Part shown: positions 8,916-18,690 of the stretch, piece after piece
How the letters are laid out: each line of letters begins with the position of its first letter
How positions within the stretch are numbered: position 1 is the stretch's first letter
Origin: an uncultured Planctomycetales bacterium
Lineage (GTDB): Bacteria > Planctomycetota > MHYJ01 > JACPRB01
Length of the DNA: 64,000 bases
Reading direction: 5' to 3'
Assembly: GCA_964526305.1 (NCBI GenBank)
Contig: CAZGKV010000003.1
Span: 3,451 to 67,450 of the forward strand
Made by a program: the position numbers and the translations under genes
The notes under the pieces: generated by a model
What the model was told of the DNA's origin: nothing
The model's database searches: none
Seen by the model: the letters and a program-made list of their open reading frames with translations, nothing else

Positions 8916-9626
8916 TCACACCCAGGGCAAGAGCATCCCCGTTCGACTCTTGTACTCCTTCCATTCTGGATGGCGCGACATGGAGGCTTCCTTCATGAGG
9001 ATGTTGGCCGCGAAAACGTTTCCCCAGACCCATAGAAGCACGATCCACGGAAACCAATGCCGCACGAGGAGCGCGTATGCGGCATAGAGCATCATCTCTC
9101 CAAGATAGTTTGGATGGCGCACGAGTCGGAACATTCCGTCGGTAATGAGTCCGGGACGCAGGCGCAACGTGAAGTACTTCTGCGCGTCCGCCGTCATCAT
9201 GATGACGACGCCCAGCGTGTGGAGCGCGATGCAGGCGGCCAGCCAGGTCCCCCCCGGGTCGCGCTTTCCTCCCAGTCCGGAAATGAGGATCACCGGGAAC
9301 GACCAATAGAGCGCCAGAACGAGAAGAAAGCTCATCAACGCTCCGCCGAAGGTGATGCGAACGTCCCATTTCGGATCGGGGAGCGCCGCGTGCTTGAGGA
9401 GCCAGCACAGGCCGTACGATCCGTGGAGGGCCAGGTAGACCCACGCCGACGTCGACCAATTGTCGAAGGCCCACATCAGCGCCAGAACGAAGGGAAGCGT
9501 TCCGCCCTTCTGAACGTTGATCACCCACGAGAGCTTGAGGAGCTTCGGTCCGCCGAGGAATTCCGTCGAGAGGTGCCGGTTGAATCCCGCCCAGGCGCGG
9601 AGCCAGGCCGGAGGGGTCTCGTTCAC
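8916..9626 (-). CDS. membrane methyltransferase of the ICMT/PEMT (isoprenylcysteine carboxyl / phospholipid methyltransferase) family
   Basis: Multi-TM protein with RHPNYLGEM and the C-terminal EASMSRHPEWKEYKSRTGMLLP (EE..L...FG..Y..Y...rliP-like) signature. Confidence 0.7.
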   Translation of the reverse strand: MNETPPAWLRAWAGFNRHLSTEFLGGPKLLKLSWVINVQKGGTLPFVLALMWAFDNWSTSAWVYLALHGSYGLCWLLKHAALPDPKWDVRITFGGALMSFLLVLALYWSFPVILISGLGGKRDPGGTWLAACIALHTLGVVIMMTADAQKYFTLRLRPGLITDGMFRLVRHPNYLGEMMLYAAYALLVRHWFPWIVLLWVWGNVFAANILMKEASMSRHPEWKEYKSRTGMLLPWV

Positions 9627-9706
9627 GGTCGAGGATGATAGCGCGAGGGCCCACGGCTCGAAACAGAATCCGTGTGGAGGGACCGTGATATCATTGTAGA
9701 AATCGA

Positions 9707-12316
9707 ATGACTGAGGATTCGGGAGATCCCAACGACTCCTTGGAGGAACGATTCCTCGAAGGCATGAGGGATCACGAGCGTTCCCGCCGCCAGGCCGCCC
9801 ATCGATACGAGAAGCTCCAAGAGATCGGACACGGGGGATTCGCCACCGTCTACAAGACCCTCGATCACGAACTCAATCGCACCGTCGCCCTCAAGCAACT
9901 TCGCCACGATCGTGCTCTTCGCTCGGAGGCCCTCCTCCGATTTCGGCGCGAGGCAGAAGTCGCCTCCCGGCTTTCCCATCCCGCGTTGGTCCCAGTCTAT
10001 GACGCCGGCGAGATCGACGGGGCTCCCTTCATCGTCATGGAGCTGGTCGAAGGCGAGCCCTTGGACGCGGTTCTCAAGCGTCGGCATCTGGGACTGCGGG
10101 TTCTCGTGGAACTCCTCGAGAAGGCGGCCCGCGGGGTCGCTCACGCCCACCAGCACGGAATCGTGCACCGAGATCTCAAGCCACAGAACATTCTCGTCAC
10201 TCCCGCCGGGGAACCCAAAGTGGCCGATTTCGGATTGGCGCACCTTCTGGAATCGGACGAGGTGCTCACCCGGACGGGAACGGCCGTCGGGACACCGTCC
10301 TACATGTCGCCGGAGCAGGTCGAAGGGCGCGTCAAGGAGATTTCGACCCGGACCGACGTGTATGCCCTGGGAGCCATCCTCTACGAAATCCTTACAGGAC
10401 GGACTCCGCATCTCGGTCAGACGCCCAAGGAGCTCTACGACAAGATCGTCAGTGACGATCCGGTTCTTCCCCGAGTGATCTCCCCCATCCTCCCCCGAGA
10501 CTTGGAGACCATCTGTCTCAAGGCCTTGGAGAAGAAACCGACGCGCCGGTACGAGACGGCCCAAGAGTTCGCGAACGAGCTCCGGAGATTCCTTCTAGAC
10601 GAGAACATCTTGGCCCGTCCTCCGGGGGTATTCCTTCGAGGCCTGCGATGGACCCGGAAGCATCGTACGCTGATGGGGATCGTCGGAGTGTTTCTTTTCG
10701 CCGCAGCGATCGGAGGAGGGCAGGCGTGGCTCCGAAACGCCGCCCGGAATCGGGATCTCCGGCGCTGGCAGGAGCGTGCCGCGTCGGCCATGGACGCGCA
10801 ACGATGGTCGGAGGCCGCTCGGTACTACGCGGAGGCGCAAAAGCGGGCTCCCGAGGATACGCACCTTGCCATGAAGCAACGAGCGGCCGAGTCGATGGCA
10901 AAGGCCGCTCGGGCTATGGAGCGGGCGACACGCGCCCGGACAATCGCCGTGGAGGAGAACTCGCGGTCCGAACACCCCCGGTCGGCCGCTTTGTCGGCTC
11001 AAGAAGCGGAGGAAGCCGCCCGAGAGGCCCTGGCCCTGGAACCGACGCTCACGGCAGCGAAGACTATCCTGGCCGAAGTCTACTTCTGGAGATTTCAGGG
11101 AGCATGGAAGTCCAAGGATTACGAGGGAAGTGAGGTTTGGGCTCGGCAGTGCCTGAATTACGCTGAGGAGTCGCATCGCGCGCAAATCTACGGTGAGGTG
11201 GAGTTGGCCCCGAATCCCTCGGTAGAACGAGCCTATCTTTTTCGGTACTCGAATCGCGGATCCCGCCAAATCCCTCTCCCCTGCTCGGCCACGGGAGAGG
11301 TTCTCGAGACGGAGATCGCCTCCGTCGAGAGCATTCCTTCCACGGCATCAGAGGAAGCGAAGGCCCGCGTGCGGACCGGGAGCGCCTACCGACTCGACGA
11401 TCTCGCATTCAACGAGGTCCGGTTTCCTCTTCGGCTCATTCCGGGGTCGTATCTAGTCCGACTTCGGCGAGACGGAGCGGTCGAGACCCGCGTGCCGCTC
11501 TTCGTAGGTCCCGGAGATTCGATTCATCTCGAGATTCCCCTGCTCCCCAAGGATGGGTTTTCGGAAGGGTTCATCTACGTTCCCCCGGGGCCGGCGCTCC
11601 TGGGCGGGGACCCCACGGCCGAGCCGATCGAGAGTTCGCGGTTCTCTCCGACGCGCACGATGGTGGCGGGATTCATCCTCATGAAGTTCTCCGTCACGTG
11701 CGCGGACTATCTCCCCTATCTCAACGACCGAAAGCGGCACACGATCGAGGAGGCGGAGCGAAGGATGCCGAAGGATTTCGGGAGTGTTCGCCACTTCCAG
11801 CGGAACGGGGACGCCCTTTCCCTGGGCTGTCAGGGCGGGGATCACGCCCTCGAGGGGCTGCTCCTTCCCGCTGTCGAGGACTTTGCGGGATGGTTCACCC
11901 GAACCCATGGGAATGGGAAGTGGGTCTTCCGGCTCCCAACGGGCAAGGAGTGGGAGAGAGCGGCGCGGGGGGCGGACGGTCGAAATTTTCCCTGGGGGAA
12001 CCGATTCGATCCGGCGCTGGCGGATGCGCGAAGAAAGACGATCTCGCACGACATGATTCGAGGAAGAGCCGGGCCCCGGTTCGGCCTCTTCCCTGGCGAT
12101 GAGTCTCCGTTCGGAGTTCGCGATATGGTCGGGGTGGTCTCCAATTGGCTCGGGACTTCCACGGTGAGCCAGACGATTCGAGAGACCGCGGGCGGTTCGT
12201 ACTCGGAGTTCGAGACTCGGTGGTGTCTCTCGATGCTTCGGAAACAGATGTTCGTGGACGAAAAAAGCTCGTACCCGGGCATCGGCTTCCGTCTCGCGGC
12301 CTCCCTCCCGAAGTGA
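9707..12316 (+). CDS. Ser/Thr protein kinase fused to a C-terminal FGE-sulfatase (SUMF1-like) domain
   Basis: Kinase subdomains are present: glycine loop GHGGFATVYK, VALK, catalytic loop HRDLKPQN, DFG, and SPE. A TM segment follows. The C-terminal region FSVTCADYLPYLND...RLPTGKEWERAARGADGRNFPWGN...GFRLAASL matches the FGE-sulfatase fold. Confidence 0.85.
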   Translation: MTEDSGDPNDSLEERFLEGMRDHERSRRQAAHRYEKLQEIGHGGFATVYKTLDHELNRTVALKQLRHDRALRSEALLRFRREAEVASRLSHPALVPVYDAGEIDGAPFIVMELVEGEPLDAVLKRRHLGLRVLVELLEKAARGVAHAHQHGIVHRDLKPQNILVTPAGEPKVADFGLAHLLESDEVLTRTGTAVGTPSYMSPEQVEGRVKEISTRTDVYALGAILYEILTGRTPHLGQTPKELYDKIVSDDPVLPRVISPILPRDLETICLKALEKKPTRRYETAQEFANELRRFLLDENILARPPGVFLRGLRWTRKHRTLMGIVGVFLFAAAIGGGQAWLRNAARNRDLRRWQERAASAMDAQRWSEAARYYAEAQKRAPEDTHLAMKQRAAESMAKAARAMERATRARTIAVEENSRSEHPRSAALSAQEAEEAAREALALEPTLTAAKTILAEVYFWRFQGAWKSKDYEGSEVWARQCLNYAEESHRAQIYGEVELAPNPSVERAYLFRYSNRGSRQIPLPCSATGEVLETEIASVESIPSTASEEAKARVRTGSAYRLDDLAFNEVRFPLRLIPGSYLVRLRRDGAVETRVPLFVGPGDSIHLEIPLLPKDGFSEGFIYVPPGPALLGGDPTAEPIESSRFSPTRTMVAGFILMKFSVTCADYLPYLNDRKRHTIEEAERRMPKDFGSVRHFQRNGDALSLGCQGGDHALEGLLLPAVEDFAGWFTRTHGNGKWVFRLPTGKEWERAARGADGRNFPWGNRFDPALADARRKTISHDMIRGRAGPRFGLFPGDESPFGVRDMVGVVSNWLGTSTVSQTIRETAGGSYSEFETRWCLSMLRKQMFVDEKSSYPGIGFRLAASLPK

Positions 12317-12438
12317 TTCCTCGCGATCCTCCGTCGCTTCGATCCTTCCGTGGAACCAATCCAAGGAGTGCCCGGTAGGATCGATCTTGCGCCCTTCTCA
12401 TTCTTGGAGCTCCCCTGGAGTGCTTTCGGAAAGCGACG

Positions 12439-13629
12439 TCAAGGAGCATAGGACCGCCGGCGCACCCCATCTCGTACAAGCTCCACCTGGGGGCGCCCCT
12501 CGATGCCCGTCACCGATCGTCCACGAGAGAGAAGGAGCGCTCCCGCGGCCTCCCCGTACCGGTGGCTTCCGTACCCGACGACAATCCGTGCCGGGGAAGT
12601 GCGATGGACTCGTGCCGGCAGCCGCCCCGGATCGCCGGTCAACTCGGTGCCCCAGTACATCAGATTCCCGTGCGCCCAAAGGTCCTCGCGGGTGTGACGA
12701 TCGACCCTGTCTCCGTTCTGAAAGTGCGGGAGTCCCAGAATGTGCCCGATCTCGTGGGCCAAGACATGAGCGCAATACTCGTCGGATCGCGCGTCGGAAA
12801 TCACAAAGCCCGGGGGCAGTCCGATGTCGGTACATCCCGTCATCCGGGTCAGCGTGTAGCCGTGAACGTGTCCGCCGTCGCCGGCGAACGCGCGCACCAG
12901 GTATACATTGAGCGCATCGGGAGTGGGATGCGAACCCATGACGGTCCGGAGGTCTCCACAGTCGAACCGCGTCGGCTCCGCCGGGCCCAGATCCATCGTC
13001 CCGTCATGCCGCGAAGTCTCGACCCGAACGCAGGAGTGTATCGTCGGGCTTGGACGGAAGAACACGCCGGCTTGGGAATAGATCGCGTTGACCCGTCGAA
13101 ACATCAAGTCCAGAGATGCTTGGGAACGAGTCGCGGTCAAGGTGTCGAGCGTCGCCCGGTGGAGCTGGACAGGAACGCTGATCCCGTCATACCGCGCGAC
13201 GGTCAGCCGGGCGACGACCTGCCCCTGGGCAGATTCGAAGTGAAGGTCGAGACGAGTCGGAGAGCCTCCGTCCGCCTCGTTCGTCGCCCGGAGAACGATT
13301 TCGTTCGAGGCGGGTAGAGGCTGCCCTGCTCTCGGTTCGACGAGTTGCGCAATCCGTGGGCCCTCCAAGCTCGGAAAGAGCGGTGCCGAATCCGCCAGTC
13401 GATCCCGAACCACGCGGACACAGATCGGTGGAAACGGATCTCCCGCCGGCGCCGGTTCGCGATTCCATCTGGTGATTCCGATCCTTGGGCCCTTGTCTCC
13501 GGTCGGATCGTGGCCGCATCGTTCGAATTCGATCCGGATCGGATCCGCGGGTCCCTCCGCAGCCCGGGTGAATCGGACCGGCGCGATTCGGTGAAGCGTA
13601 CCCGGGACCAATCGGATTCTGTAGGCCAC
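12439..13629 (-). CDS. zinc metalloprotease, metzincin-like (HExxHxxGxxH)
   Basis: HEIGHILGLPH motif. Start lies 2 nt after the stop of the upstream gene (operon). Confidence 0.65.
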   Translation of the reverse strand: MAYRIRLVPGTLHRIAPVRFTRAAEGPADPIRIEFERCGHDPTGDKGPRIGITRWNREPAPAGDPFPPICVRVVRDRLADSAPLFPSLEGPRIAQLVEPRAGQPLPASNEIVLRATNEADGGSPTRLDLHFESAQGQVVARLTVARYDGISVPVQLHRATLDTLTATRSQASLDLMFRRVNAIYSQAGVFFRPSPTIHSCVRVETSRHDGTMDLGPAEPTRFDCGDLRTVMGSHPTPDALNVYLVRAFAGDGGHVHGYTLTRMTGCTDIGLPPGFVISDARSDEYCAHVLAHEIGHILGLPHFQNGDRVDRHTREDLWAHGNLMYWGTELTGDPGRLPARVHRTSPARIVVGYGSHRYGEAAGALLLSRGRSVTGIEGRPQVELVRDGVRRRSYAP

Positions 13630-13630
13630 G

Positions 13631-14476
13631 TCAGATCTCCGCTCGGGATCTCAGCTGCGACTTCGTCTCGGGAGTCAACTCCGCGCTCGAAATCAGCCCG
13701 TGATCCGCCTGGAAACTCTGGAGCGCATTTTGCGCCCTCGGCGAATCCCGATCGTCGTCGACCAGGGAGTCGTCCCCCTCCGAAACTCGATCCTGGAGGT
13801 GCCCGGTGACGTACCCCAAGATATCCAGGCGCTTCTTCGCACCGGCGTGCGACACCGCGGCGGCTCCGTCCAACGTCTGGACACCCGGATGGAGGTCCAG
13901 CTCGTATTGCGTACCCAGGATGTGTAGCGTGAGGATCTCACTCGGGCGGATGCGAACGGTGACGTCGCCGGCGCCGTTCGTCCTGCCGCGCGCGCGTTCG
14001 GCACCGCCCGGAGAGGGTCCCTCCCGAATCACATACGGAAGATCGGAAATGCCGAGCCCATTCGCATCGCCCGGACAGAGTTGAAATCGCAAACGGATTT
14101 CGTATTCCGCTTCCCCCCCAAGACGTTGATAGACCGGCAAGGGAGTCGGAGAGACCCGTTCGGGAGGAGGAGCCATTCCCCCTACCCGCCGACTCCGACA
14201 CACGCGGATGCGACCCTGGCCAATCTCGCGCGCGACTTCGGCCAAGATCTGCGGACGCGTGAGCCGATGAACCTGAGGAACGCCCAACTCCTGAAGCGCC
14301 CCTCGCAATGCCGGCTCATTGAGAGAAGAAAAACTCGAGGTCAGGAATTGGTTCCGATCGAGAAAGGCCCGCGCCTCCTCCCGAGTGGCCAGGGGCAGCG
14401 GATCGCACCGGTCGGGAGCGGTATCCCTGCGGCCGATCAGGACAAAGGTCTCACCACTGCGGATGTATTGGAACAT
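13631..14476 (-). CDS. hypothetical protein with C-terminal putative peptidoglycan-binding (PG_binding_1-like) domain
   Basis: C-terminal ...QNALQSFQADHGLISSAELTPETKSQL resembles the PGBD consensus. Tightly linked (3-4 nt) to the kinase upstream and the protease downstream. Confidence 0.5.
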   Translation of the reverse strand: MFQYIRSGETFVLIGRRDTAPDRCDPLPLATREEARAFLDRNQFLTSSFSSLNEPALRGALQELGVPQVHRLTRPQILAEVAREIGQGRIRVCRSRRVGGMAPPPERVSPTPLPVYQRLGGEAEYEIRLRFQLCPGDANGLGISDLPYVIREGPSPGGAERARGRTNGAGDVTVRIRPSEILTLHILGTQYELDLHPGVQTLDGAAAVSHAGAKKRLDILGYVTGHLQDRVSEGDDSLVDDDRDSPRAQNALQSFQADHGLISSAELTPETKSQLRSRAEI

Positions 14477-14479
14477 GGC

Positions 14480-16378
14480 TCACTCCCGGATGCCCCACCA
14501 GCGAATCGTCCGATCCGCGCTTCCTGTGGCCAGAATCGTCTTTCGGGGATGGAAAGCGACGGCAACGACTTCGTCTTGATGGCCGCGCAGCGTCTTGATT
14601 TCCCGTCCGTCCGGGAGACTCCAGAGTCGTGCCGTACGATCGGCTCCACCGGAGGCCAAGAGTCTCCCGGAGGGGTGCATGGCGAGCGAATACACGTATC
14701 CGGAATGACCGGTGAGAACTCCCGACGGATTCCCCGAGGGGACGCTCCAAAGCCGGATCGTCCCATCCGCGCTTCCGGACGCCAGGAGCGAGCCCTCCGG
14801 AGTGAAGGCCAACGCGAGAATCAGTCCCGCATGCCCCTGAATCACCCGAGTCGGAGCATTGCTCTTTCCGTCCCAGATGCGAATCTCCTGATCCTGTCCT
14901 CCCGAGACCATCCATTCTCCCTTGGGGCTGACGGCGACCGCAAAGATCGGTTGGGTCCCGGCGCGCCAAGTTTTGACTCCCTTTCCCTCCAGGACATTCC
15001 ACAGAGTGAGATCCAAGTCGCTTCCGCACGTGAGCAGGGTCTTTCCATCCGGGCTGAAGGCCATCGCCGTGAACGAGTTTCCGGTCTTGGAAAGGGAGTG
15101 ACGGACCGAAGTAAAGGGGGCTTCTCGGAGGAGAACTCGATCGTCCTTTCCCGCCGCGGCTAAAAGACGGCCATCCGGGCTGAAGCGGACCGCGTTGACC
15201 CACCCCGCATGTCCCCCCAGACGCCCCCGTTCGCTCCCTGCCTGATCCACCAGCCTCACTTCTTGAAACGTGGCCGCGGCGACGGTATCTCCGTCCCTCG
15301 AAAAGTCCAGGGACTTGATTCCATATTCGAGCGTTACCGGCGCCCGGAGTTCGGCGAACCGATCCGCTTCAGGAACGGCAGGTTTCTCCTGCGGGGGAGG
15401 AACGGGCGGCGCCGGGAAATTCGGTCGCGGACGCGCGAGGAAGTACCCTGCGGGAGCCAAGGCCAGGAGGATCAACGCGGCGACGGCCCAGATCCAACCA
15501 CGACGTCTCCCTGGAGGATTCGATAGCGCAGCTTCGATTCCTGTCCGCAACTCCAGGATGCTCGCGGTGCGCTTCGAACGGTCGTGCGCAAGAGCGGAAG
15601 CGATGACGGAATCCATGCGGGCGTCCACCCGAGATAGGCGTGAAACCGGCTCGAATTGTCCCAAGGGTCTCTTTCCCGTCAAGAGCTCGTAAAGGACAAC
15701 CCCGGCGGCGTACACATCGGCCCGGGCATCCACTTCTCCACCTCCGGTCGACTGCTCCGGGGCCATGTAGTGTGCGGTTCCCAGAAGGTCTCCCGAGCGA
15801 GTAAGGGCGAGCTTCTGACCGGGTTCTTCCTGCAAGCTCGCCAGACCGAAGTCTGCGATCTTGAGTCGCCCCGATCGATCCAAGAGTAGGTTTTCCGGCT
15901 TGATGTCCCGGTGAACGATTCCGGCTTGATGGGCGCACGCCAAGCCGTCGCACAGCTGGAAGATGAAGTGCGCCGCCTCGGCCGGCGGGAGCTTCCCCCC
16001 GGCGATCTTCTCTCGAAGCGTGCTCCCTTCGACCAACTCCGTAACGAGATAGCAGGTGCCTTCCTCACATCCGAAATCATGGACGGTGACGATGTTGGGG
16101 TGTTGGAGCGAGGCGAGCGCTTGAGCCTCACGACGGAAGCGTGCGTTGAAAAGGGGATTCTGCGTTTGGTGGAGGATCTTGAGGGCGACAAGACGGTTGA
16201 GATCCGTTTGTCGCGCCCGGTATACCGTAGCCATGCCCCCCTGCCCTAGGGGCTCCATGACCTCGAGACCGCGGAATCGCGTGCCCGCTGCCACAGCGAC
16301 AACCTGGGGCGCCGCGGTACATTGCGGGCATCGTGAAGCCGCATAGACGGAACCGCAGGTGGAACACGTTTGAATCAC
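14480..16378 (-). CDS. Ser/Thr protein kinase with N-terminal zinc-ribbon, TM segment and C-terminal WD40 beta-propeller
   Basis: CSTCGSVYAASRCPQC zinc ribbon; kinase motifs (GQGGMATVYRA, HRDIKPEN, DFG, APE); seven repeats of the WD40 type (...SPDG..LA.GS.D..I.LW...). Confidence 0.85.
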   Translation of the reverse strand: MIQTCSTCGSVYAASRCPQCTAAPQVVAVAAGTRFRGLEVMEPLGQGGMATVYRARQTDLNRLVALKILHQTQNPLFNARFRREAQALASLQHPNIVTVHDFGCEEGTCYLVTELVEGSTLREKIAGGKLPPAEAAHFIFQLCDGLACAHQAGIVHRDIKPENLLLDRSGRLKIADFGLASLQEEPGQKLALTRSGDLLGTAHYMAPEQSTGGGEVDARADVYAAGVVLYELLTGKRPLGQFEPVSRLSRVDARMDSVIASALAHDRSKRTASILELRTGIEAALSNPPGRRRGWIWAVAALILLALAPAGYFLARPRPNFPAPPVPPPQEKPAVPEADRFAELRAPVTLEYGIKSLDFSRDGDTVAAATFQEVRLVDQAGSERGRLGGHAGWVNAVRFSPDGRLLAAAGKDDRVLLREAPFTSVRHSLSKTGNSFTAMAFSPDGKTLLTCGSDLDLTLWNVLEGKGVKTWRAGTQPIFAVAVSPKGEWMVSGGQDQEIRIWDGKSNAPTRVIQGHAGLILALAFTPEGSLLASGSADGTIRLWSVPSGNPSGVLTGHSGYVYSLAMHPSGRLLASGGADRTARLWSLPDGREIKTLRGHQDEVVAVAFHPRKTILATGSADRTIRWWGIRE

Positions 16379-16451
16379 GTTGTCGGTTCCCCTCCTCGGA
16401 AGCTGATACCCAGTATACTAGCCTCCGGACCATTCTTGTCGAGGAGCGAAC

Positions 16452-18662
16452 ATGACGCTGAATCCGAGTACCGCGGCCCAGTTCTATATCAAACTACGAA
16501 GCGACGCCCTCTCGCGCGACGGCAGTACGCCGCTGCTCGTCACCCATGCCGACGGTAGCGAGGGATTATCGAGGCCCTGGCAATTCACCGTCGAGTTCGT
16601 TTCCCACGATCTCGATGTCGAAGCGATCATGAGTCGCCGAGTCTCGCTTGTCGTCCTCCACAATCTCGGGGAATCCTCGCCCGGGAGACCCAATCTGGTG
16701 GAGCTTCAGTTCAACGGAGTGCCTCTCTCCTTGGAGCATTGCGACAGCGGCTCCTCTGCGGGCACATGGCGGGCGTACCAGATGCTCCTCATTCCCGAAA
16801 TCGCGACTCTTTCCTTCACGATACGATCCCGCGCCTTCGTCGGGAAGACGGCGCCGGAGATCGTCCGCCAAGTCTTGGAAGAGCACGGACTGCGCGAGAC
16901 GGAGCATGAATACGAATTCCGACTTTCGCGCGAGTACCGCTCCCTTCCTCACGTCCTCCAGTATCAGGAATCGGATCTTGCCCTTGTTTCGCGCCTGTTG
17001 GAGCACGAGGGGATCTTCTATTACTTCTCCCAGGCCCGAGGGGACGAGGGTCGAGATACGGTCGTCTTCGGAGACTCCGTGGCAGCCTACCCCAACCCTC
17101 TCCCAGGAGTTCCCTCCACCATCTCTTATCGACCCGCAACCGGAGCGCCCGAGAACGTCGACTGGTGGGAGACTCCCACCGTCTCTTCGTTTCACTACCG
17201 AAGGACGTTTGGTCATGGCATCGTGGAGCTGGAGGACTTCGATCCGCGCACCTTCGTCGCTAGGGTCGAGGGAAACTCCGAAACCCCGCCGAACGCAGGC
17301 ATCAATAGGGCAACGCTGTTCGAGTACGGCAACCTGGCGGAAGGCGAGGTGGACGCGCGTCGACTCCTCGAAACGCGGATCGACGAAATCCGTTCTCGCG
17401 CGAAGAGCTTCGGGGGTAGATCCAACGATCGCACGTTCCGTCCGGGGAAGAAGGTGCGTTTGAGCGATCACTACAAACCGGACTATAACGCAGAGTACCT
17501 CCTGACCGAAATGACGCACGCCTGGACGCAGGAGCTGAGTCTCGCGCCGACGCCAGGGGCCGTCGCTCGGTCCTATGCCAATCAATTCGTTTGTATTCCC
17601 GCGGAGCAGTGTTTCCGGCCGTCCAGATCTACTCCCCGCCCCATCCTTCCTTTGCTCGTCGGGCGCGTCCGTGGACCCGGTTCCGTTCCGAACCTGAATT
17701 CCCAGGGCTCCTATCAGGTCGAACTTCCGTTTCAAGTCGGTGATGAGCGAGCGAGCCAAACGGTAACGATGACCAAGGCAGAGCCGGGGGCCGGGCCCAA
17801 TCGCCAGCACTTTCCCCTCCTGCCCGATTCCGCCGTCTTGGTCCAATACCTTCACGGGGAGGCCAATTCCTGCACCCCGATCATCACCGGAGCGGCCCAC
17901 TGGCTGGGCCACCCGAGTCCGACCGTGGACGAGAACAACACCCAATACCGCATGCGCATGGCCAACGGTGTCGAATGGACCTTCGACGACGGCGGCGGGC
18001 AGCACATCCGAATCCACTGTCCGACGGAAAACGCCACGCTCCATTTGGGGGCCGAGCGGGAGGGAGTCGATCCCGGGGCGTCCATCACGACGACCGCCTC
18101 AGGTGAATTCCTCGCGATGGATCGCATCGCGCTCGTGTGCGGCGTCCGAGACCGAGACGGACTTCAACAGGTTTACGGAACCATGACTACGGCCATCAAT
18201 GAAATCGTCGACGGCCTCCAAGCGGATGTCCACGCCGGAAACTCCGTTTCACCGACGCCCCCACGGCCGAATACCGAGGGAAAGAAGAAGGCTTTCGTGG
18301 GAGGAGAAGTGGTCTTGGTGGGCGCTACCCATGCCGTCGGAGTCGTGGCGTCGGGAGAATCGGGAACCTGCGAAATCGCCGCGAACAGTACGGGAGTCTA
18401 CGGAGATTCGTTTCTGGTCCTTTCCGGCGCAGCGGTCGGCATCAGCGCGGACAGCGTGTTTCAGGTAACGACATCCGCCGGACACTTGACGCTCCAATCA
18501 GCCACCATGGCCAGCATCAAGGCGGTCCAGAAGATCCACCTTCTTTGCGGCCCAAGCCAGATTTCTCTGGAAGCCGACAAGCTGATCCTGGCGGCCCCGA
18601 AGGTCGTCGTTGCGGCGGCCGATTTCGTCTCCACTGTTCCTCCCCGGGTTGGCTCTCCATGA
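16452..18662 (+). CDS. vgrG: VgrG-like spike protein (T6SS TssI / phage baseplate hub gp27-gp5-like)
   Basis: RBS GAGGAGCG. N-terminal ...EGLSRPWQFTVEFVSHDLDVEAIMSRRVSLVV..., ...RAFVGKTAPEIVRQVLEEHGL..., ...YQESDLALVSRLLEHEGIFYYF..., VTMTKAEPG and a C-terminal beta-helix-like GxV repeat region match conserved VgrG blocks. Confidence 0.75.
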   Translation: MTLNPSTAAQFYIKLRSDALSRDGSTPLLVTHADGSEGLSRPWQFTVEFVSHDLDVEAIMSRRVSLVVLHNLGESSPGRPNLVELQFNGVPLSLEHCDSGSSAGTWRAYQMLLIPEIATLSFTIRSRAFVGKTAPEIVRQVLEEHGLRETEHEYEFRLSREYRSLPHVLQYQESDLALVSRLLEHEGIFYYFSQARGDEGRDTVVFGDSVAAYPNPLPGVPSTISYRPATGAPENVDWWETPTVSSFHYRRTFGHGIVELEDFDPRTFVARVEGNSETPPNAGINRATLFEYGNLAEGEVDARRLLETRIDEIRSRAKSFGGRSNDRTFRPGKKVRLSDHYKPDYNAEYLLTEMTHAWTQELSLAPTPGAVARSYANQFVCIPAEQCFRPSRSTPRPILPLLVGRVRGPGSVPNLNSQGSYQVELPFQVGDERASQTVTMTKAEPGAGPNRQHFPLLPDSAVLVQYLHGEANSCTPIITGAAHWLGHPSPTVDENNTQYRMRMANGVEWTFDDGGGQHIRIHCPTENATLHLGAEREGVDPGASITTTASGEFLAMDRIALVCGVRDRDGLQQVYGTMTTAINEIVDGLQADVHAGNSVSPTPPRPNTEGKKKAFVGGEVVLVGATHAVGVVASGESGTCEIAANSTGVYGDSFLVLSGAAVGISADSVFQVTTSAGHLTLQSATMASIKAVQKIHLLCGPSQISLEADKLILAAPKVVVAAADFVSTVPPRVGSP

Positions 18663-18690
18663 TCCCCAATCCTGGGGTATCCTTGGAGAC

